Below are positions 26,387-36,128 of a DNA stretch of 64,000 nt, piece after piece; positions within the stretch are counted from its first letter, which is position 1, and every line of letters begins with the position of its first letter. The notes below the pieces were generated by a model that did not search any database, was not told where the DNA came from, and saw only the letters and a list, made by a program, of their open reading frames with translations. Made by a program: the position numbers and the translations under genes. The stretch comes from Utricularia gibba (taxonomy: Eukaryota; Plantae; Magnoliophyta): contig NEEC01000015.1 in the NCBI GenBank assembly GCA_002189035.1, positions 1,302,001-1,366,000 on the forward strand, in the 5' to 3' direction.

Positions 26387-27886
26387 ATGGCTCCCCACAT
26401 CGCCATTCTTCTTGCTGCTGCCTTCTTCTTCCTCGCTGACGCCGAGTACGCCGCATTCTTTGACGTCACCAAGTACGGTGCCGTCGGAGACGGGCGCACG
26501 GATAGCACGGAGGTGAAATGCTGAGTCAAACTAGAGCACTGATTAGAAAACATGGGTTGCAATAACTAGCATTCTTTTTTTTATCAATTTTGGATGGTAT
26601 AGGGCTGAAAAATTAGATTGTTGCCGCCCATGCTTCGAATTAGGTTTTTTAAGTGTCGGAAATAGATGTTTGATTATCGTTTTTTCAGGCGTTTTTAAGG
26701 GCATGGAGAGATGCATGTTCGTACTCTGGAAAAAGTGGAGTTTGGATACCACAAGGGACGTTTGTCCTAGGAAAAGCTGTGTTTCAAGGCCCATGCAAAG
26801 GGCCCATCGCCTTTCTGTTGAAGGGGACATTGCTAGCCACGACCGATCGGAACTACTTTTACGACGAGACCTGGATAACGTTCCAATACGTAGATCGGCT
26901 CGCCGTGAAAGGGCACGGCACCGTCAACGGCCAAGGGAAGTACGCTTGGCAGTACAATTACTGCAAGAGGAACTCTCAATGCCGATCCCTTCCACCGGTA
27001 AGCATCATCCTGCTTAATCTCACTTGATTTATTCAAGTATTATTCTGAGTTCTGTGTTTCTTTGTTTGCAGTCACTGACGTTTAATTTCGTGACGAACTC
27101 GTACGTTCAAAACATACACTCCGTCGACAGCAAGAGTGTGCACATCAGCATGTTCGCCTGCCAAGACTTCAACATCAGTGGCGTGAGCCTGGTGGCCCCC
27201 GGCAACAGCCCCAACACCGACGGCATTCGCATCGGCTTATCCTCTAGGATCCGAATTTCCAACTCCAACATCGCCACCGGAGACGACTGCATCGGAATAC
27301 TCACCGGAAGCCACGACATCGACATCTCGGAGATTTCATGTGGACCAGGCCATGGAATCAGCATAGGGAGCATCGGGCGGAGCCATCAGCATGAGTATGT
27401 GTCCAGAGTATGGGTCCGGGACAGCAACTTCTATGGCACCAGCAACGGCGTCCGGATCAAGACATGGGCCAGGTCGGCGTACAGTGAAGTTTCAAACATC
27501 AATTTTCTGAATCTCAGAATGATAAACGTTGCCAACCCCATCATCATCGATCAACACTATTGTCCGAATGGAGACGGCTGCCAATCTGTAAGCTCATACC
27601 TGTTCTTTTCGTTATCTACAGTATCGTCTACAGCTTCTGATCGTTCCCTCCATCTCCAGGGCGAATCGTCGGTGCAGATAAAAGACGTTACTTTCTGGAA
27701 AATCCATGGAGACAGCAGTACACAAGAAGCTGTGCAGCTCCATTGCAGCGAAGCCATGCCTTGCAAGAACATTAAACTCATGGACATTGACTTGCGGTAC
27801 AACGGACGCGACGGGGGGCGAAGTCGGATTGCTCCAATGTATATGGTGCAGCTTATGGTACGGTACTTCCGGGAGGATGCCTCTAG
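26387..27886 (+). CDS. Polygalacturonase (GH28, exopolygalacturonase-like) copy 1; 4 exons; apparent -1 frameshift at 27813-27818
   Basis: Signal peptide, FDVTKYGAVGDG, SPNTDG, TGDDC, CGPGHGISIGS, GVRIKTW all intact; restoring one G gives DGGAKSDCSNVYGAAYGTVLPGGCL-stop (27886), parallel to the C-terminus of copy 2. Confidence 0.92.
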
Positions 27887-28136
27887 GTGTGTAATCTCTT
27901 ACATGAAACTTTCTTTGTAGCAGTGAGTAGCAATAATAGCGCACTCACTGAATGTCCAGTGCTACTGCATAAGAGAGAGGCTTCAGTCTCTTCTTTTGCT
28001 ATAAGTGCCTCCATTTTATAGGCACAATGATAATAAATGTTATGTAAATTATGGAGAGTAAAGCCAAATATTCAGGAATTAAACGATCGTGACATTAAAA
28101 TTAACTGAAATATATATATAAAAAAATGCAAGTAAC

Positions 28137-28178
28137 CGATGTGGGATTTGGAATTCTTCCAAATAACCGATGTGGGAC
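28137..28178 (-). promoter_or_regulatory. Two tandem snRNA-type USE motifs (GTCCCACATCG, ATCCCACATCG)
   Basis: The plus-strand 14-mer TAACCGATGTGGGA occurs twice, 31 bp apart; both copies match the plant USE consensus RTCCCACATCG 11/11; TTTATATA lies 14 nt downstream of the proximal copy (non-canonical spacing). Confidence 0.45.
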
Positions 28179-28536
28179 TCGGAGTACTTCCATAACATAT
28201 ACTTCAACAAATATGTACACGAAAAAAGATGCAGAAACTTGAGCCACCAAGCTGACAGCAATGACGAATCTCCTGTGCACGATCAAACCCTGCAAAACCA
28301 GCAGCAATAAGTCACAAACCTCAACACTACTTGGCCCGGTAGCTCTTTCTTAAAAGTGCATCTCTATGGATTTTGATATGATCATCACTTGCAGAAACCC
28401 AACTTTTTCTGAAATCAGACCAAGGAGTTTTAACTTATTTTATTTTATATTATTTGTTTCAAATAATCAACATTCACGATTTTATATTTTTTACTGTCGA
28501 AAAAAAAAATTCATACAAGATTAAAAAAAATACGTC

Positions 28537-28579
28537 TATATAAACTATCTCACTATCTCATTCATAATTGATGTGGGAT
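28537..28579 (-). promoter_or_regulatory. U6-type (Pol III type-3) promoter architecture: USE + 24-nt spacer + TTTATATA
   Basis: ATCCCACATCA (28579-28569, 10/11 to consensus), spacer 28568-28545 = 24 nt, TTTATATA 28544-28537. Confidence 0.45.
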
Positions 28580-29053
28580 TCACATAAAATATGTAATCAA
28601 TGTAAGATTTATCTATATAACATGCTTAGAACCAAGCATTCTACTTCCAAACTCGTTATACTCAGACAAAATAAACATTTTCTGGATGACTATACCACCA
28701 CACAATCAAGTGTGACACACATAGCTTATAAGTGACATACGATTACCCAAACATGAGTATATTAAAAAAAGGAATAAATTTCTTATGTTAATTGCGCGAG
28801 CTTACCATACCGTATGATCCGTACACTCTTCATACCTACTGATGATGAATGATTCGTCAACCTTTACAAAATTGAAATTTTTTTCTTGTTTAAAGAAGGT
28901 AAAAAAAGCAACACTCTTCTCCTCATTTAGGTATGGATTAAATACCCAACCAAAAACTGAAATATAGAATACCCAATTTTGTCTAAAATTACTTCACCTT
29001 TTCATGCATGCATTTGATATATTTAATTTAATTTAAAAATAATAATAATAAAT

Positions 29054-29186
29054 CAGTGTTTTGAAACTCTAAAATAAAAGTATAAAACCGTTAATCGATT
29101 CGTTCACCATCGAATTTAACTTAATCTCTATTATAAACGATTCATAATCCAAAAGTGTTCGTTCAATCATGGTTTTTTAAACATTG
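29054..29186. mobile_element. hAT-type MITE (133 bp) with perfect 8-bp target-site duplication
   Basis: TAATAAAT|CAGTGTTTTGAAAC...GGTTTTTTAAACATTG|TAATAAAT; imperfect CA(A/G)TGTTT terminal inverted repeats, 8-bp TSD identical on both sides (29046-29053, 29187-29194). Confidence 0.7.
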
Positions 29187-30070
29187 TAATAAATAGTCGA
29201 AGTATTTTTTTTTGACAAAAATAGCACGATAAATAGATTGACTGGAGAGTTGTATATATATTATTAAGATTATAAATTTAGTCTATTGTTATTAATTGAA
29301 TACTATTACTAAAATAAATATTTTAACTTGAAAAGTATCAATTCACACTACTGATAGTAAAGGATCATTTAAAAAAATGGACATTCATACATTCTTATTT
29401 AAAATTTTTTACACTATGGATGCTCACTTTTCACGTCATTTCATGGCATGGCCTATAAATGACGTATGTTAAATTAAATGCGTAAATAATATTTCATATA
29501 ATGAAAGAAATATATTACAATTGGTCAATGACAAATTATGTATTTACCGAATTGGTAAAATGTATATTGAATGTCAATATATTTTTTCTAAAAAAAAATC
29601 CCAAATTCCAAATATCGAATTTTCCAAATATTTCGATACTAAATGTTGCTCTCCACCAATACGCAAAGGTTAGGTGTTTTACAGTTTAATATTCATATGC
29701 ATTCCGAATGTGTGAACTGGGACTTCAATTCGAATATATAATTTTTTGAATTCGATTTAATCCAAAATATTGAATTTAGATAATTATTTTTATAATAAAT
29801 TAAATCCGATTCAACCTAATATCGTATTCAATTCGTTCTAAAAAGTATTCAATCGAAAATGGGTTGAATCACGTTTTAAGACAATGGTCAAAGGATTATG
29901 AGGCTGGATTCATGGAGGCTAATGGACTTAAATAAATCTGGGGATTTTCTTTTTTCATGGAAAGTTGCATATCTTTTTGCCGCATCAGATTGCCGTTGCG
30001 GGAGCCCTTGTGTCCATATATACCGAATGGACTCCGTCGCCTGTCACCATATTCGCTTCCACTGTGAAAG

Positions 30071-31602
30071 ATGAGTTCCGCCGTCTGCATTCTGCTCGCC
30101 TTGCTTTTGTTCGCCGGAGAGTTTGTCGCTGAAGCGGGGTATATCGCTTATTTTGACGTTACCAAGTACGGCGCCACCGGCGACGGGAAAACCGATAGCG
30201 CACAGGTGAGCAACTGATTACACGTTGCTTTGCTGGTGCTCCCTTCCCATATGCGTTTGACCTTGCCTTTTATTGTATAAGTAAATAAGTCGCTTCCCCC
30301 TGACACACATTCCTTCCTTTCTTCCTGTTGGATACATTTGGGTTTCTCAGGAATTCTTGAGAGCATGGAGAGATGCGTGCTCCTACGGCGGGAGGAGTGG
30401 GGTTTTGGTGCCCCGAGGGAAGTTTCTTCTGAGCAGAGTGGAGTTTCAAGGTCCATGCAAAGGGCAGGTCACCTTTCTATTACAAGGGACGTTGGTGGCC
30501 ACCACCGATCCGAATCATTACTACGATAAAGCCTGGATTTCGTTCGAGCACATCAACGGTCTTGCTGTCACAGGACGAGGAACCGTGGATGGCCAAGGGA
30601 GCCTTGCTTGGTCCTATAACAACTGCAAGAAGAATATTAACTGCCGAGCTCTTCCTCCGGTCAGTTCAGTTCATACCAGTGTGTTAGAAAACTGAACAGC
30701 CAATCTTACAGAACGGTTGTCTTCCCTGTGCTTTTGCAGTCACTAACATGATTTTGATTGTTTTTTTGGTGCAGTCATTGACGTTCAGTTATGTGACAAA
30801 CTCATACATTGATGGCATATATTCAGTCAACAGCAAGGGAATCCATATGAAGGTTCACGACTGCCAGAACGTGCAGATGACAAGGGTGAACATAGTGGCT
30901 CCGGCCAACAGCCCCAACACCGACGGCATACGGATCGGCGCATCCTCTAATATCCATATTTCAAACTCCAACATCGCCACCGGAGACGACTGCGTCGCGA
31001 TACTCACCGGAAGCTACAACATCGACATCTCCGAAATTTCTTGTGGGCCGGGGCATGGAGTCAGCATCGGCAGCATCGGCATGAGCCAGAAGCATGAGTA
31101 CGTGTCCGGAGTCTGGGTCCGAGACAGCACCTTCGTCGGCAGCAACAACGGCGTACGGATCAAAACATGGCCCAGCACGATCTACAGCCAAGTTCAAAAC
31201 ATCAACTTTCTAAATCTCAAAATGATCAACGTCGCCAACCCCATCTTCATCAACCAGAATTACTGTCCCAATGGGCACTGCCGCTCGGTAACTCCCTCCT
31301 TAATTGAAGCATTTCATTTTCCAGGTACGAGGTTACAACTGTTCAGAGAAACTAATGCTCCATTGTTTCAGGGGCAGTCTTCTGTTCAAATAAAGGACGT
31401 GATCTTCATGGGCATCCATGGCGTCAGCAGGACACAGGATGCCGTGCAGCTCCTTTGCAGTAAGACCATGCCTTGCAGGAACATTACGCTCGCTGACATT
31501 GACTTGTCTTACAGCGGCGGCCATGGCGGCGCAGCGCAGTCTGTTTGTTCCAATGTGTACGGCTCAACTCGTGGCGTAGTCATTCCAGGTGGATGCCTGT
31601 AG
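30071..31602 (+). CDS. Polygalacturonase (GH28) copy 2, tandem paralog; 4 exons; intact
   Basis: MSSAVCILLALLLFAG signal peptide, FDVTKYGATGDG, SPNTDG, TGDDC, CGPGHGVSIGS, GVRIKTW; same exon structure as copy 1. Confidence 0.94.
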
Positions 31603-32132
31603 GAGCTCTCCTTCCTCCTCTTCTTCTTCTTCTTCTTCTTGTGTGTAGTTTCTTACTTTTAGGAGTCAGCTGTGTGAAGAAACAGGGAGCATTAGAGGGA
31701 GGCCAGCAGAGTACTCCTCTTTTGCTGTCATTCATGAATTACTGTACCTTACAAATACTCCTTATATACTATAAATTATGCAGTTTTCATAAAAATAGTA
31801 AAAAAATTTAATTTTGGAATAAATCATTTATGAATTAATAATGAAATTAGTGATGAAATGCTTTTCCAAAAAAAAATTAGTAATTTCCTCCCTGAGTATA
31901 ATAAATAAAGGAAAAATATTATAGAAATTGTAATAAACAAAATAATGTCAAAAACATGATATTTAGAAAAATAATCATACGATCATTATATTTCATATAC
32001 TATAATTAATTTTATTCATATACGATAATCATTTTTCTAATACATACTTCAAAAAACTGGATCATTACAATCCATGTATTGTAATGAAAGGAGGATTTCT
32101 AAAATTGGTTGAATTAATGTACAAAAATTTAA

Positions 32133-33864
32133 TTAGAAAGTCCCTGGAGAAAAGAGGCTGAAAAAACTTGGGGGTTTCGTCTTCTTCGTCTGCTCGTCAA
32201 CGATGCCTTCATTTCCGGCAAGGATTAAGTACTTGTCTCGTCTGGTGAAATTTGTGCATTCGAATCCTAGGGCGTTTCCGAGTTGCTTCTGTAGATGATT
32301 CGCCACCTCGTGCGGGGTTTTCCCACCGGCGCAAGTCAGTTCTCGGGGTGTTTTCTCCAGAATCTGCAACGAGTAACGGGGTCTCGGATTCATCATGAAG
32401 AAAAACGGATCCAGGCACTTGAATCCGCTTGCTGTTGTCCCGTAGAACATCGTCACTTTGGTGTTTATCGCCACTGGAACAATTTCGTCGGCCAATTCTG
32501 CAAACAGAGAGCTGAATCGTAAAATGTAGGGCTCACGGCATGTTGTTCCTTCAGGGCAGACTACCAGATCCCCTTGACGGAGTAAATTCTGCATTGTTTC
32601 GGCATCTTGGTGTCTGTTTCTTGATAACCTCACTGTCTTGATTGGGGATATGAATTCTGATATTCTGCTTAGGCTGTAGGTGACGGCGGTTAAGGGCTGA
32701 TTGAGGCAGGTGCTGAGAATTACAGGGTCGAGGAGTGTTCTGTGGTTGCACACGTAGAGAAATCCCGTGTTTTGGGGGATTTTCCCGGGGCTTGTCCTTG
32801 AACTGTGATTTTGATTCCCATTGCGGTTCCCAAGATCATGGCAATTTTATGAGGGAAGCAGATTCCGATGAGGACTCTGATGATGGAAAGGGGAATCCCC
32901 ACCGGAAGCCAAATGAACATCGCTAGAGTCGCCAGCGGTGTTGGCAGAAACGCCAAACGGCCGTCGTGGAAAATCAGAGGCTTTGGGTATCTGTTTCTTG
33001 GCATGTTTGAGCTTGAGTTTTGCCTGGCTATGTCTTCTCTTGCTACCACATATGCTTCCTGTGAATAATCAATGAAGGATCATGGAATCAAAATCTTGCA
33101 GAAGGAGAAGGAGGCTGACTGAGTGATTACCTTGCATAGGGAGAGGAGAAGATGATCATGGAGGTTGGAGGTTCCAATCCCAATATCTGGTTTCTCTTCC
33201 CCAAAGAGCTCCTTCAGAACTCTGTGTTTGACAACAACACCGGGGCTTTCAACAAAACCAGTGAAGAATCTCCCACATGTCTGCAACTCAGTTCCAATCA
33301 CTGAATCAACCTCTAGATACTCCTTGAGAAACCCTTCAACCATAACTCTGGGCGCTTTCGTGAGAACCACTGTAGCACCAACTGATTCAACAACTTGGCA
33401 CACATGGAGGTTAAGGTTTTCAAGGTAGAATTTGGGTAAAACACCTCTGGAGACACTGTTCATATCCTTGACTCTCAACCCACAAAAAGTAATAAAAATC
33501 ATTATCCTCATCTGCAGATCAAAGCCGAGAATCCACAGCATGGGGCACGAAAGGAGAAGCAAAAGGGCTCTGGTTATGCTCCCCCTTCAAATGCAACTAA
33601 CATGAAGTAGGGGAAGAAAGACTGCGTTCTGAGCAAACAGCCATGAATGTCACAGACAAGAGTTTGAGCTTTTCTTCCATGAAGATTGCATTTCGACACA
33701 GTTGGGTAAACGGGTTGCTCCTGAAACGATGATCCCATAAACGGGTTCTTCTTGACAAAGAAGCCGCTTTTCCTAACCTCCATTACACCTCTGTACAAGG
33801 AAACCACTAACAAGTTACAGAAGCACCAGTACACTAACCTGAGAATCACCATGAGAAACTCCAT
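32133..33864 (-). CDS. GPAT1: Glycerol-3-phosphate acyltransferase 1-like; exons 33864-33131, 33058-32133; two apparent -1 frameshifts (33581-33585, 32774-32778)
   Basis: [51 protein letters not shown] (HxxxxD), [35 protein letters not shown]; N-terminus and DIHG (no intact DxD phosphatase motif) fit the GPAT1 clade. Confidence 0.92.
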
Positions 33865-36128
33865 ACTTTGCAGAGGGAGTCAGTCACTAACAAGAAGAGA
33901 ATAATGCAGCAGAGGGAGAGAGTTGCAGAAGAATTTAAAGATAGGGAGGGGTTGACCATGCAATGCACATTAATTGTCCTCTCATGCACATACACAATTC
34001 ATCACAGTTTTCCCCTGTTAGGTTGCATGTTGGCCACTACCATTATCTAAAACTAGCTCTCATTCTTCATTGATCCCAGTGCAGCTCAAGGCTGCCCGAG
34101 GTTATTAAGATTAAATTTATCATGGGAACAGACAAAATCTCCCTCTTTGCCACATAATAATCAATGCCTCCCTCATCTGTGAACTTCATACCTATCAACA
34201 ACCGTTCCCACTTAATGTCGGGTGAATGCTCAACCTAGAAAGGGGAAGAGCATTTGAAGTTGAAGCATCCACCTCTAATCTTCATCAATACGCAGGAGTG
34301 TCAATGGTACCATTTCTTGGGTTAACAGGTAATTCTGTGTTTGTCTCTAGTTCAAAATCCTTTCTTCTCATCATTCCTACGTGTGTGTGGCCTGTGGGAG
34401 AGCGAAGCAGAGTTACCGGTTGAAGGGTGACAGTGTTGAGTTGGGTCAACAAGATTTCACCGGCAACACGAAGAAGAAGGCTTAGGACATAACGAGGCGA
34501 GACACGTGTTTGTGGACAGCCAACTGCACAGTTTGAAAAATGTAAACTTTCACCGGGAAGAAAGATGATGTGCGTTAATTTTATTCATGAACAAGAGGGT
34601 TGGGTTGGGTTATGCTTCTGGTCCCTCATGATGTGTATACATACATAGTATCTGTTTTATATTCACGAGAATGAAATTGAAAGCGGTTGCGACTTTGTCT
34701 TCTCGAGTTTGAAGATTCGTGGGGAAACGAACCGATCATGCAAATCGTGTCCGCTGTGTTTGGTGGGTTTGTGATTCTTCTTTGGGCGACGAGTCTCGAG
34801 TCCCCCCATTTGCGTGCACCTCTGAATTCCCACATCATCACGCCCTTCTTCCCCAGCCTGGTCAAGTCTACTCCAAATCAGCTATCAACATACGTGTCCC
34901 ATGAGTATGATGACATCTGTGTCCAACTTTATTACCAAGAACAAGAAGCCATAAAAAAAAGAGCATTCCCGTAAAAGCTAAACCACAGACACATAGATTG
35001 AGGTTCCGGCGTCCGGCATGCGGTCCCCATAGCGCTTTGTTTCCGGTAAAGAGCCCCCCGGGTGGCGCCGGGGCCGGTCCCCCGTGTGAGGAGGGGGGAG
35101 TTAAGGGCCTGTTCGAAATAAAAGAATGCGCTTTCTTCCCGCAATGAAGGGCGTTTCGAAAAAAGTCATCGTACCCACGTTGAATCACATTAACTCTATG
35201 AACGAAAAAGGAAAAAAAGAGAGACAATAAAGGAGCCGTCGCCACTTGCCAATTGTGGACAACGGCACACTTGCATTGCTCTCCCCAATTGACTAACGTC
35301 CATATCCATGTGGGCCCAATAAGGGAAAGCCCAAAAGCACACGCATTTTAATTAAACAAACTAAATTACATTCACAAAGATGATTTTAAACTTGCACGAT
35401 ATTGTTTACTTATAACATCTAATACTCATGATTTTATATTTTCAATTTTTGAGAAAAATACAAATTTATGTAATCATTCTACTCAATTTCATCCATTTTC
35501 AAATCCGTAATCCATATAATAGATTATGATAAAATTCCTCCAATTGGTATGAACTATGAACAGAACCATTTCAAAGCTAAATTCTGAACAACATTAGAAT
35601 CTACGACATTCTTTCCAATTAACCAAAGAATCGATTACGAATTTGTGTTGCACATTTCACACAAATGACAGGAGTTTTGAGCTTGGAATGGGAGATCAGG
35701 ATTGAGTTCAGTAGTTGCTGGTTTATTCACAAAAAGAGTCACAACTCGATGCCACGTAGGTACATGCACAGTTATGCAGCATAAAACATCCAGGACCATT
35801 TCTCTAGCGCCAAGCTACTGTACAGTTGATACAATCAAACTGAGAGGAGACCCGACCCGCAGGAAAACTTGCTCTGTGGCATGGCAATGGCAATGGCATA
35901 CACATCTTGTCTGTCCCCTTCGACTTCCGGCTTCCAGACCAATAAGACGCAGTCATTCACACCCTTGGTGCATCCAGCATGAAGAAAGACTGCAGACACC
36001 ACCACTAGGACAAAAGGCAAAACATGAAACTTTGTACATATGTACGCCGGCCAAGCTATACACACGGCTGGCTGGCTGGCTGGTTAATCACATGGGTTTT
36101 CGGTGAAAATCATGTCGTGGAGAATCAG

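Noticed and set aside
34827-34837. USE-like TTCCCACATCA
   Set aside because: No TATA box follows; likely a chance match.
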